Below, in pieces: positions 43,113 through 56,279 of a DNA stretch of 64,000 bases. Positions within the stretch are counted from its first letter, which is position 1. Each line of letters begins with the position of its first letter. The notes under the pieces were generated by a model that saw only the letters and a program-made list of their open reading frames with translations, made no database searches and had not been told where the DNA came from. Position numbers and translations under genes: made by a program. This DNA comes from Eledone cirrhosa. Its lineage: Eukaryota. The stretch lies in NCBI GenBank assembly GCA_964016885.1, contig OZ024748.1, forward strand, positions 20,708,001-20,772,000, in the 5' to 3' direction.

Positions 43113-45336
43113 CATTATTTGCATTTATCTTGCTTTATGTTTATACGAGTTATCACCAAGTCACAACCAGTGACCTCAAGAGACAACAAGGTCCGCCATG
43201 TTCAAGAAAGAACACACATATTCACACATGCATCCTTAGTGTTTAGACTTGTGATGTACTTATATTGACAGGATCTTCCTTAGTATATGGGCAGTTCCCA
43301 TTAGTACTATCTTTTGTATTTCTCCTATACGCGGGTTTCCTGGGATTTGCGATAAGTAGTCGTTAGACCCCTTAGGTATCATTCCCAGAGCGCCTACAAC
43401 CACTGGTATTGTTTTAGTTCTCAATTTCCACATTTTTCCAATTTCTATCTCCAGGTCCTTATACTTGCTCAATTTTTCAAATGTTTTTATAGATACATTC
43501 TTGTCTATTGGAACAGACATATCAATTAGCAGGCATACCCTCCTTTGAAAGTCCTTCAATATTATATCAGGTCTATTTGCATCTATTTTTCGGTCTGTTT
43601 GGATGCTAAAGTTCCACAAGATTGAGATGTGATCTTTTTCAAGTATGGGAGGTGGTTGATGCTCCCACCAATTCTTTTGATGGGGCAGGTCAAAATGCTT
43701 ACACATTATCCAATGTATGTATTGTGCAGCTCTGTCATGCCTGTTTAGGTATTCGGTTGGAGCTATAGGACTGCACATTGAAATTATATGGTCAATGGTC
43801 TCTGGTTGTTTTTTGCATACACGGCATAATGGGCTGCACCCATTTTTTATTATGTTGGCTTGGTAATTTTTTGTTGGCAGACACTGATCTTGTGCGGATA
43901 TAATCAGTCCTTCAGTCTCCGATTTCAGTCCAGAGGATGCCAACCACTGATGGGTTAAAGTTTTGTCAACATCAGGATTGTTAGCTCGCTCTGGGTATTT
44001 TCCATACAGAGGCTTTTCTTGCCATTTCTTAGCCAGTTTCTGTAGCAGTTCTTTCTTTGCAGTTACTTTTACCTGCTTTGCTTTTTCTGTGTTTTCCATT
44101 TCAGCAGTAAATGGGACTTCTGAAATTTGTAGTCCATTACTGTATCTTTGTGCATCTTTTGTAATGGAATATGATCTTTTGGTGCTTTCGTGTTTCAAAA
44201 CGAGTTTGATCATCCAATCATGTGATTCCCTTAGATATGTGGATAATCCAATTGTTGCAGTTTTCAACGCAATGTCTAACTGGATTAACCCACGTCCTCC
44301 TTCTTTCCTAGGGAGATATATTCTATCTATGTCTGCCTTAGGGTGATGCATTCTGTGCATGGTTAAGAATTTTCGGATTTTTGTATCGAGCCTACGGATC
44401 TCTGTGCTTGACCAGTTGATGACATTGTAACTGTAGGTTACTACTGGTATGGCAAGCGTGTTTATGGCATCGATCCTATTCCTTGCATTCAATTCCGTTC
44501 TTAAGATTGCTCTGACTCTGCGGTAACATTCCTTCCTTATCCTTTCCCTCATTGTCGAGTGCTTGATTCCGTCTCCTTCACAAACACCTAGATATTTGTA
44601 AGTTTTTCTTGATCAAGCTCTCTTATCACGTTCCCCCGATCAAGATTAATGTCTGAACTCTTCAGCAGCTTTCCTCTGGTGAACGTTGCTTTGGCGCATT
44701 TATCCAGTCCAAACTCCATTTTAATGTCATCACTGAACTGCATCACAGTGGATAATAGCCCTTGCAATTGTTCATCATTTTTTGCAAATAGTTTCAGGTC
44801 ATCCATGTAGAACAAGTGATTAATGGGTTTGTCATAAACTTTATATCCATGTTTTGTTTCATTGAGCATTTTACTTAATGGTATAAGTGCGATGCACAAT
44901 AAAAGCGGTGATAAAGAGTCACCCTGAAAAATTCCACAATTAATATTAACTTCTCCAGCTTCCAGTGATTTTTTTTCACTATTCAAAAGGAGTGTCGTTT
45001 TCCATGTCTTCATACTGAATGACAAAAACCTCCTGACAACGGGGGGATATTTTGAAAATCTCTAAACATTTTTCAATCCAACTGTGTGGCAAACTATCGA
45101 ATGCTTTTTTATAATCTATCCAAGCAATTGATAGATTTTTGTGTCTATTATGACAATCTTCCAGTATCATTTTGTTAACCAAAAGCTGATCCTTACAGCC
45201 ATATGAGCCTCGTTTACACCCTTTCTGCTCAATGGGAAATAGGTCATTTGTTATCAGGTGGTCATATGTATATTCAGTTAGGACTGATGTTAAAATTTTA
45301 TACATTGTGGTCAAGCAAGTTATCGGTCTGTAATTT
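43073..45336 (-). mobile_element. 5'-truncated Dong/R4-like RLE LINE with (TAA)n tail
   Basis: YRPITC, WIDYKKAFDS, GIFQGDSLSP, YMDDLK, CRVC..HIISMC, RHD, RPDII..LIDMSVP, K..KY motifs; frameshifts near 45030 and 44605; stop at 43260. Confidence 0.93.
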
Positions 45337-45441
45337 TATTATTATTATTATTATTATTACAGTTGCATTTATCTTGCTTTATGTTCATACGAGTTATCAC
45401 CAAGTCACAACCAGTGACCTCAAGAGACAACAAGAGACAAC
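45337..45441 (-). mobile_element. Second, very short 3'-end copy of the same LINE
   Basis: 45364-45434 nearly identical to 43119-43190, with its own (TAA)n tail. Confidence 0.9.
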
Positions 45442-45596
45442 ATTATTATTATTTTTCTTCTTCTTCTTCTTCTTCTTCTTCTTCTTCTTCTTCTTCTTCT
45501 TCTTCTTCTTCTTCTTCTTCTCTTTCTCCTTCTTCTCCTCCTTTTCCTTCTTCTCCTCCTCCTCCTCCTCCTCCTACTACTACTACTACTACAACA

Positions 45597-45648
<52 letters not shown>

Positions 45649-46513
45649 ATTCTTATTCTTCTCATCCTCCCTTCATCATCATCATCATCATCATCATTAC
45701 CACTATACAGTCACCCACTTAAATAAAATTGAAACTAAGATTAAAACTACAACAAATATACCATTTCTACCGGAAACCTTTCAACGGACCCCTTAGTGTA
45801 TATAAAGGCTAAAGAACACAAGACTTGCTGAAGAAGTAAATCCTTTGTTCTGTCACGAAAAACCATTAACTTGCAGACCCCTGCAAGCGGAATTTGTCGA
45901 TCTTGGATTTGCAGAAACCTAGTGCCGATGTTGTGTGCTGTATGTGATGTATATCGTGTGCTATACGATGTGCATTATATATTCCATTCAGTCCCAGCGT
46001 TCTGTCCAGGTCTGTCTAAAATCTTTTCCTGAGTCCTGTATTTTCGTTGCTGTGGTGATGCGGCTTGACTGCCGATCGCTATATTTGATTTGCTAAGCTG
46101 TCTAAACGTATTGTTATTACTCTGGGGTACTATTCCCATTCGAGTGCTAAAACTACATACCGAATTTGCATTCGTTAGCTTGGCCGCAAACTAAAGCTTC
46201 GTTAATGGTGTACTAAAATGTCACCCGTTGAGGGTAAAAGCAGCGATTCTTTGCTTAAACTTTAATCTGTTATTTTAATAAATATTTGCTCTCCGGTTCT
46301 TATATATTTTATATATATTTATCCTTATCGAGCCCTCTTTGGATTTTAGTCTTCAAATGTATTATTATTACTATATATATATATATGAAAAAATGGGGAG
46401 AAGAATACTGCAGGTTGCAATGGATAACATGTTATAAAATGAGTCCCTCATCAGTGATTTGCCAACGATCATAGATATTATATATATACACACACATATA
46501 TATATATATAAGT

Positions 46514-46612
<99 letters not shown>

Positions 46613-46647
46613 ACTGCCTCTCTGTTCTGTCCCTGTTCAAATTTTTC

Positions 46648-46754
<107 letters not shown>

Positions 46755-46933
46755 GCGTATATACACATGCAATTAGTCTTGTTCAGCTATGATTCAATAA
46801 TTTTTATTTTCTGAATACCATTATTTCAATAAGCTGTGAAACACCCTGCAGTTGTGACAACAATATATCATTGCCTAGTTTAGGAAATAAGATTACTACC
46901 AGTCTGTATTTATGTGAGTGTGCACGTGTGCAC

Positions 46934-47163
<230 letters not shown>

Positions 47164-47204
47164 GTATATTTATATATATATATATTTATATATACATATA
47201 TATT

Positions 47205-47306
<102 letters not shown>

Positions 47307-47761
47307 TATGCATACTCTTTCACCTGTTCCAGCCATCCGGCTGAGGCCAAGCTGGGGCACCGCATGCATATATATATATATATATATATATGCCTATATA
47401 TACATACATGTGTTCGTGTGTGTGTCTGTATAAGTGTGTGTTTGTGTAAGTGTAGTAATATTTATATATTTATTGATGGTAGGATAAGCGGTTTTCAGTG
47501 GCAAGAATTTGTTCATTTGACGTCATTTATAGAAAAACAGCGGGTAGCTTTTATCTTCTCGTGTTTATCTTATAAAGAATAGCATTGAAAAATATCTGTG
47601 ACAGCTGCAAATGTCGTACGGGCAAAAGGCTTTAAGAAAGAACTACAGAGTCTGTGACAGCCTCACTTATTTTATTGTACGTTCCTGTCAACCTTTGCTT
47701 CATTAAAAAATAATACATACCCACACAAACAAATAAATGTAATATGAAAAATATATGCATG

Positions 47762-47825
<64 letters not shown>

Positions 47826-47826
47826 G

Positions 47827-47918
<92 letters not shown>

Positions 47919-47957
47919 ATATTAATAAATTGAAACTATATTTATAAAACCATATTT

Positions 47958-48067
47958 ATTTTATTATACATATTTTAAGGGCAACCAAGGCAAATTATGG
48001 TGCGCTTTCATCAGATAAAGCGCACCATAATTTGCCTTGTTTGCCCTTGAAATATGTATAATAAAAT
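47958..48067. repeat. 51-bp inverted repeat made of two defective hammerhead copies
   Basis: Arms 47958-48008 and 48017-48067 with 2 mismatches; TCATCAG at 48008-48014; GAAATATGTATAATAAAA at 48049-48066. Confidence 0.85.
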
Positions 48068-48156
48068 GTGTTTACTCCACTAAACTGTTGAGTGCTTTAT
48101 ATCAGTTATAAAAATGTTTAAGCTTGTTGAATCCCAACAAATTAAATATAACCTCT

Positions 48157-48204
<48 letters not shown>

Positions 48205-48268
48205 GTTATTCCGGGTTGAATAGGAGGTAACCACAGTAAGTAAGGTACTCAATACATTGCAGAGTATA

Positions 48269-48399
48269 ATAGTTTTAATATAGGTGAGATTCTACAGGAC
48301 TAGAACTGTTTCATTCTTTAGAAATCATCAGGATTCCTGATGATTTCTAAAGAATGAAACAGTTCTAGTCCTGTAGAATCTCACCTATATTAAAACTAT
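48269..48399. repeat. Perfect palindrome with 65-bp arms and a 1-nt centre
   Basis: 48269-48333 is the exact reverse complement of 48335-48399. Confidence 0.95.
48332..48380 (+). ncRNA. Type I hammerhead ribozyme (mirror copy on the minus strand at 48288-48336)
   Basis: GATTC-CTGATGA-TTTCTAAAGAAT-GAAACAG-TTCTAGTC-CTGT-A-GAATC: 5-bp stem I, 4-bp stem III, GUA cleavage triplet; stem II short with U-U at its base. Confidence 0.8.
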
Positions 48400-48504
48400 A
48401 TATATATATATATATAAATAAATAATTATATATATATATGTAAATAAATAATTATATATAAATAATTATATATAAATAATTATATATATATATATATATA
48501 TATA

Positions 48505-48558
<54 letters not shown>

Positions 48559-48595
48559 TTTATATATAATTATTTATTTACATATATATATATAA

Positions 48596-48642
<47 letters not shown>

Positions 48643-48679
48643 TTTATATATAATTATTTATTTACATAAATATATATAA

Positions 48680-48780
<101 letters not shown>

Positions 48781-49133
48781 ATATATATTATGAGCAGCTC
48801 AAGCAACATGTCTTTATATTTCAGGTAGTCATTGTAGCAGTGTGCAGTTCAAGGCAATGTTATGTAAGCAGTGAAAAGATATAAAGGGAAATAAAGTAGA
48901 AATGAATTCAAATAAAATAAGATAAAATGAGGTAAAACTTTGATTATTAGTTTGTGTAGGTGAAGTTTTGAATGAGTGGGGAATTGATAAGATAGATGTG
49001 TGTGTAGTTTGAAATATTCTGTGTGAAGGTATGTAGATTAGTGGTTAAGGTGTTTGGTTCACAGTCGTAAGGTTATAAGAGAGGGTGTTTGTGAGAAATA
49101 GCGTATGTGAGAGAAGAAGATGAAAAATGATTA

Positions 49134-49310
49134 TTCGGTAAAGGGTCGGACGCCATGCTTTGCAACAAAGAGTTACGGCCCTTTGTGGTCTGAGTTCAAA
49201 TACCGCCGAGGGTAACTTTGCCTTTTTCATCCTTACGGGGTCGATAAAATAAAGTACCAGTAATACACTGGGATAATTGCTGGCTTTTTGCCAAAAGTAG
49301 AAAAAATTAT
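49134..49310 (+). mobile_element. SINE family A, short-tail variant
   Basis: Same structure as other copies. Confidence 0.88.
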
Positions 49311-49349
49311 TTTTTCCAATTCACTGTTCTGGTAAAATTAAGCCGTGTT

Positions 49350-49530
49350 GGTTTGTAATTCAACGAGTCAGTCTTAACAAACGCACTGTCACGCAGAATC
49401 TCCCTGAGAATTGTATTAGAGGTACACGTGTCTGTGGATTCCTCAGCCACATACCCGTTTATTTCATGAGCATGCTCTTCCATTAGTCTAACGACTGGAC
49501 TCTCTTCGTCTGAGCCGATGGATGTCCAAT
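49350..49530 (+). mobile_element. Family B SINE 3' part
   Basis: GAATCTCCCTGAGA..GGTACACGTGTCTGTGGA..CAGCCAC tail. Confidence 0.65.
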
Positions 49531-50600
49531 ACACACACATTGTCACACATGCACACACACACATCCACATACACACACACACATACATATACACACATAC
49601 ACTAAAACATACTCACATGCAATGGAGTAATTGTACATAGATATACACAGACACACACACATACCAACACGCAGACACACATACACTAACACAGACTCAT
49701 ACTAACACAGACACACATACACTAACACATACATATACTAACACAGACACACATACACTAACACATACATATACTAACACAGACACACAGACACTAACAC
49801 ATACATATACTAACATACATACACACATATACTAACACAGACATACATACACTAACACAGACATATACTAACAGACAGACACACATACACTAACACAGAC
49901 ATATACTAACAGACAGACACACATACACTAACACAGACATATACTAACAGACAGACACACATACATTAACACAGACATATACTAACACAGACATATACTA
50001 ACCCAGACACACATACACTAACACATACACTAACACATACATACACTAACACAAACAAAGTTCAACGCAATCTCAAGATAAATGTGAACTCCGATATAAA
50101 AGAAAATTAGAATTTTTACTTTCTTCCTACATCACACATACACACACTTACACTTACACACACTTACACATACACATACACACGCTTACACACAAACATA
50201 AACAGACACACACACACTAACACACAAACATAAACAGACACACACACTAACACACAAACATAAACAGACACACAGAAACATAAACATACACACACACTAA
50301 CACACAGACATAAACTCACACACACACATTAACGCACAAACATAAACAGCTACACACACACACACTAACACACAAACAAAACAGACAGACACACACACTA
50401 TCACACAAACGCAAACAGACACACACACAAACATACACACGCACACACACACACGCCAAAACACACAAACAGACACACACACTAACACACACACTAACAC
50501 ACACACGCCAACACATACACGCAAACAGACACACACACACTAACACACAATCACAAACACACACACAATCACAAGCAAACCCACACAAACAAACAACAAA
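49530..50600. repeat. AC-rich minisatellites (ACTAACACAGACAC...)
   Basis: Direct reading. Confidence 0.85.
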
Positions 50601-50859
50601 AACAAGCTGCAATGCCCTTTCAAGATGGCGTTGGTGAACTCCGGTTTAAAAAGCCTTACAGTCTTTACTATGTTCATGTTATGTTGTGTGATAAAATTTA
50701 CCCCCTGTGGGAATTCACTGTGACTATCACTACCCCTCTTTCTGGTTTCAGAAATTTAGCGAAACACATAAAATATGGCCGCTTTAGTTGTCTACAACCA
50801 ACCGTATTGGCTGTCTCTTCAACAGCTTCTGAAAGAATTCATATGATATACATACATAT

Positions 50860-50906
<47 letters not shown>

Positions 50907-51033
50907 CATACATATATACATACACATACATATATATATACACACACACACACATATATATATATAAATACATACATACGTATATACATATACACATACC
51001 CACATATAAACACACACCCATTATCTCTCTCGC

Positions 51034-51064
<31 letters not shown>

Positions 51065-51875
51065 GTATGTATGCATATATATACATACATATGTGTGTGT
51101 ATATGTGTAAGTATGTGTGTGTGTGTATGTGTGTATGTGTGCGTGTGTCCGTTAAGGGTACAAGAGGTATTCATAATTTATTGTAAGTACGATCTCAGTA
51201 AAGACAGAGCAGAGAAATAAAAACCTAGCGGCAAATGTTAACAACTCTGAAGCTATAAAGGAAGGGAATTCAAATGAATAAAGAATTAATTCAAGTTTGA
51301 ATTAACATGCTGAAGGAAAAGGGCAGCTTGTTGTTTGTTTCGCGGCTAGGAACAAGCTATGTACACATGTATTTCAGTTTGAATAACATAACACAGCCCT
51401 TCTCACCTCCTATCACTGTAAAACGAATTAACATATCCTAAAATAGTTGAAGGGATCTTGGCTATGGGTAATTTACATAATTAAGGTAAAACGATGTCAA
51501 GAGAAAATAATAGCAGAAAGGCAATAGCATGAATTTGGTGAAATATTTTAAGGATGTGTGTTCTGAATGGAGTACTCGATAAATACTTAAATTATTTAAA
51601 GTACCCTATCAGGCAGAAATAAGGTAACAAAAATCCATGTGGTGACTGTTAACAAACCAAAAAGGAAGATAATGTCAATAAATCAAGAGTTAATTCCACA
51701 ACACCACCGCCTAGCGCCTACCTAGGCCTAGAGCCCATCACCCATCACCCTTCCCCCTCCCCCTTCTCCCTCCCATTCGTTTGTGACCCTAGAGCCCTTG
51801 CCGTTCCCTTCAATTTCCATTCATTTTTAAATATCTGGAGTGTTGTTATTTGAAATAGATTTGTTTATGATTTTA

Positions 51876-52067
51876 TTACCAAACTATGCCTGAGTACACG
51901 TGTTTCACCCAAAAGTGGATTATTCAACTCGTGACACGGAAACGAATACTGGCGTGTTCTGTGCAGAATCCATCCAGCTCATAAATACTTCCGTTCTCAC
52001 TATAACTATACACGAGCCTAACAATCATTTTTAGGTGAAACACGTGCATTGAAGTATAGTTTAGTAA
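51876..52067. repeat. Old diverged inverted repeat with decayed hammerhead motifs
   Basis: Arms 51876-51933 and 52011-52067; both carry GGTGAAACACGTG. Confidence 0.7.
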
Positions 52068-52852
52068 TTGTTGTGGAATTAACTATAGACCGGACTTGTC
52101 CTTTGGATTGAGTGCTTTCCCAACTTTGGATATGACCGCTTGATTTTTCACTACTATATATATGAAGAGATTCAGGACCCGACAGCTGAGCTCCGGCCGT
52201 TTAGACAGCTAGATCCGGAGGGTCATGCTGCCAATATAGTTTTCACTTCAATTTATTATTACAAATTCCCAGTCGGCTAGTTTAATAACCGGATGGTTGT
52301 TTAGTTGTAGATTGTCGCGAAAACGCTTTCGCCACACATTCTGTGACATCTTCAGTGGCTAATTTTGTAGTTATTTTGTGTCCATTCTTTTTTTATATTT
52401 TACACTATTTTGTCTTTGTGAGTTCTGTATTTGGGCTGCGCATGCGTTACATCCGTGTGTGTGTGTGTGTGCATGTGTGTTTGCATGTGTGTGTGTGTGC
52501 GTATGTGTCTGTGTGTGTGAGAGAGAGAGAGAGAGCAAACGAAAGAGAGAGGGAGAGAGAGATAAAGAGAGAGAGAGAGGGGGGGAGAACGAGAGAGAGA
52601 GAAAGAGAGAGATAGAGAAAGAGATAGATAGATAGATAGATAGATAGAGAGAGAGAGTGTGTCTCTTATTTAAAGACACTTCAAGTCACCGCAGATTATA
52701 TTTTCTTTATACATTTTAGACGACGCTCAAACTTTCTTATGTTTTTTTTTTTAAAATGTTATTTTGACATAAACTAAACACTTTTTTCACAGATATTCCC
52801 TCGAGATATCTAGGTGGTTGTTCTCTCTTTTGATAACTTCTATATTTTGTAA

Positions 52853-53217
52853 TGGCTGAGCTAAGGTGTTACAGAGTTCGGTCAACCAACGTGACGTAGG
52901 GAATTCTATTCCCAGCGGCACGTTGCATCCTTGAGCAAGACACTTTATTTCACTTAGTTTCCATCCACTCAGCCGGCAAATGTGAGCTCTACCTGTGGTT
53001 CAAAGGACCATTTCTGGCACACACTGAGAGTGTCATGCTGAGAATACATGAGAACTACGTCATAGGTACGCATGTCTGTGGAATGCTGAATCTCCCTGAG
53101 ACTTAGGTCAAGGATACACGTGTCTGTGGACTGCCCAGCTACTTGTACGTTAATTTCACGAGGAGGCTGTTCTTTTGTTCTAACGACTGGAACACTTGTC
53201 TAAGGAACGAAGGTACA
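52853..53217 (+). mobile_element. CORE-type SINE (family B) with internal duplication
   Basis: tRNA-like head, CCTTGAGCAAGACACTTTATTTCAC, tail ACGTTAATTTCACGAG. Confidence 0.75.
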
Positions 53218-53234
53218 ATACACACACGCACATA

Positions 53235-53329
<95 letters not shown>

Positions 53330-53870
53330 TAAAAATAGACCGAGAAAAAAGAATGTCCTTTATCAGTAGTCCGCTGATTATCGTTGGTATTTCTTCGCAT
53401 TAAAGACTAGATACCTAAGATCAGTGCGAGTGATAACATGCCCTGGGGTGAAGTGGTATCTTGTCTTTAAAGCGTAGAAATATCCGAGACGCCCAGTAGA
53501 CAACTGATGAGGAACCCCCCCCCCCCCGCCCTGTTCTTTATTTCTTCGTATTTCCATTGCCATTTCTATTCTCCATATATTTCATCATGTTTTTCGCTGT
53601 GACCTTTCTTCTCCCCCCCCCCCCCGCCCTTTTACATTCCTATTTCGCCACTTTCTACTCTCACCCCTCTTTCTTCCCCTTCCTTTCTCCCTATCTACTC
53701 TTACCCCCACTTTCTTCCTCTCCCTTTCTCCCTCACACTTTCACCCCCTCGTCTAACCGTTTAGCAGTTCTCTTCTCATTCACAACTGCGACCATCAGAC
53801 GTGCGTCTTCTTTCTCTCGATTACTCGGTCTCGAACGTAAGTTCTCTTATCGAGTGGTCTTGGATTTCCT

Positions 53871-55298
53871 ACCTATAGTTGCTCGCACATTGCTCGGTAT
53901 ATACCTATAGTATATATATATATATATAAAGGTGATTAACCTATAGTTGCTCGCACATTGCTCGGTATATACCTATAGTATATATATAAAGGTGATTAAC
54001 CTATAGTTGCTCGCACATTGCTCAGTATATACCTATAGTATATATATATATAAAGGTGATTAACCTATAGTTGCTCGCACATTGCTCGGTATATACCTAT
54101 AGTATATATATAAAGGTGATTAACCTATAGTTGCTCGCACATTGCTCGGTATATACCTATAGTATATATATATATAAAGGTGATTAACCTATAGTTGCTC
54201 GCACATTGCTCGGTATATACCTATAGTATATATATATATATAAAGGTGATTAATCTATAGTTGCTCGCACATTGCTCAGTATATACCTATAGTATATATA
54301 TATATATAAAGGTGATTAATCTATAGTTGCTCGCACATTGCTCAGTATATACCTATAGTATATATATATATATATAAAGGTGATTAACCTATAGTTGCTC
54401 GCACATTGCTCGGTATATACCTATAGTATATATATATATAAAGGTGATTAACCTATAGTTGCTCGCACATTGCTCGGTATATACCTATAGTATATATATA
54501 TATAAAGGTGATTAACCTATAGTTGCTCGCACATTGCTCGGTATATACCTATAGTATATATATATATAAAGGTGATTAACCTATAGTTGCCTGCACATTG
54601 CTCGGTATATACCTATAGTATATATATATATAAAGGTGATTAACCTATAGTTGCTCGCACATTGCTCGGTATATACCTATAGTATATATATATATATAAA
54701 GGTGATTAATCTATAGTTGCTCGCACATTGCTCAGTATATACCTATAGTATATATATATATATAAAGGTGATTAACCTATAGTTGCTCGCACATTGCTCA
54801 GTATATACCTATAGTATATATATATATAAAGGTGATTAACCTATAGTTGCTCGCACATTGCTCAGTATATACCTATAGTATATATATATATAAAGGTGAT
54901 TAACCTATAGTTGCTCGCACATTGCTCGGTATATACCTATAGTATATATATATATAAAGGTGATTAACCTATAGTTGCTCGCACATTGCTCGGTATATAC
55001 CTATAGTATATATATATATAAAGGTGATTAACCTATAGTTGCTCGCACATTGCTCGGTATATACCTATAGTATATATATATATAAAGGTGATTAACCTAT
55101 AGTTGCCTGCACATTGCTCGGTATATACCTATAGTATATATATATATAAAGGTGATTAACCTATAGTTGCTCGCACATTGCTCAGTATATACCTATAGTA
55201 TATATATATATAAAGGTGATTAACCTATAGTTGCCTGCACATTGCTCGGTATATACCTATAGTATATATATATATAAAGGTGATTAACCGATAGTTGC
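53871..55298. repeat. Tandem array with a 58-68 bp unit, about 23 copies, variable internal (TA)n
   Basis: Unit ACCTATAGTTGCTCGCACATTGCTCGGTATATACCTATAG(TA)nAAGGTGATTA. Confidence 0.95.
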
Positions 55299-55546
55299 TT
55301 TTTTTCGCTGTTTTGTTATTGTTTCTCTTTTCTTCCCCTTTGCTTTCCTTCCCTCCTTCCTTCGTTTTCCCAATAACTTATCCAGTTATTGACGCCCTGG
55401 GGTGAAGTGGTATCTTGTCTTTAAAACGTAGAAATATCCGAGACCCCCAGTAGACAACTGATGAGGAACCCCCCCTGTTCTTGCTTTCTTCGTATTCCCA
55501 CTGCATTTTAAGTTACCTTAAATAGCAACTACACAGCCATTTCTAT

Positions 55547-55580
<34 letters not shown>

Positions 55581-55706
55581 ATGTAGGAGGTGAGTTTTAT
55601 TGTAGTACAATAAAGCAATGCAGATATCGGATAAGAAGCACTCTACAGTTTGTAGGACTGGAGTATACATAATATAAGATCAAAAGATGGTTAAAGGAGT
55701 TCCATG

Positions 55707-55777
55707 TATTTTATTATGCGCATTTCAAAAACAAACATCATCATGCAATAATATTTGTGTTTTCATCAGATAAAACA
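55707..55777 (-). ncRNA. Type I hammerhead ribozyme, left arm
   Basis: Exact reverse complement of 55888-55958. Confidence 0.88.
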
Positions 55778-55887
55778 GGAGAACATGATATGAAGGCTAA
55801 AAAACACTTGTGGATAGTGCAGTTTTATATGTTGATTTAAAACTGAACTATCCACAAGTGTTTTATAGCCTTCATATCATGTTCTCC

Positions 55888-55958
55888 TGTTTTATCTGAT
55901 GAAAACACAAATATTATTGCATGATGATGTTTGTTTTTGAAATGCGCATAATAAAATA
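55888..55958 (+). ncRNA. Type I hammerhead ribozyme, right arm, palindromic stem III ATGCGCAT
   Basis: TGTTTTAT-CTGATGA(55896-55902)-long stem II-GAAA(55939-55942)-TGCGCAT-A-ATAAAATA; predicted cut after 55950. Confidence 0.88.
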
Positions 55959-55988
55959 CATGGAACTCCTTTAACCATCTTTTGATCT

Positions 55989-56050
<62 letters not shown>

Positions 56051-56189
56051 GCAAACAGAACCATACATACACAGAAACACTGACACATCTAGACACAGAG
56101 ACAAACACATACAAACACACACACACACACATGCACACATATACACAAACCTACATACACATACAAACCCAACCACACACACATACACA

Positions 56190-56234
56190 AACATACACAC
56201 ATGCACACATATATACACATATATACACACATAT

Positions 56235-56279
<45 letters not shown>

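Noticed and set aside
45725-46330. Possible solo LTR (TATA-like and AATAAA motifs)
   Set aside because: No TG..CA termini, TSD or second copy could be identified.
46400-46462. Hammerhead-like motif on the minus strand (CTGATGA...GCAACCTGCAGTA) between TA tracts
   Set aside because: GAAA is altered and stem I does not pair; too degenerate to call.
53871-55298. CRISPR-like appearance of the array
   Set aside because: There are no unique spacers, only (TA)n length varies; the context is eukaryotic and no cas genes are present.
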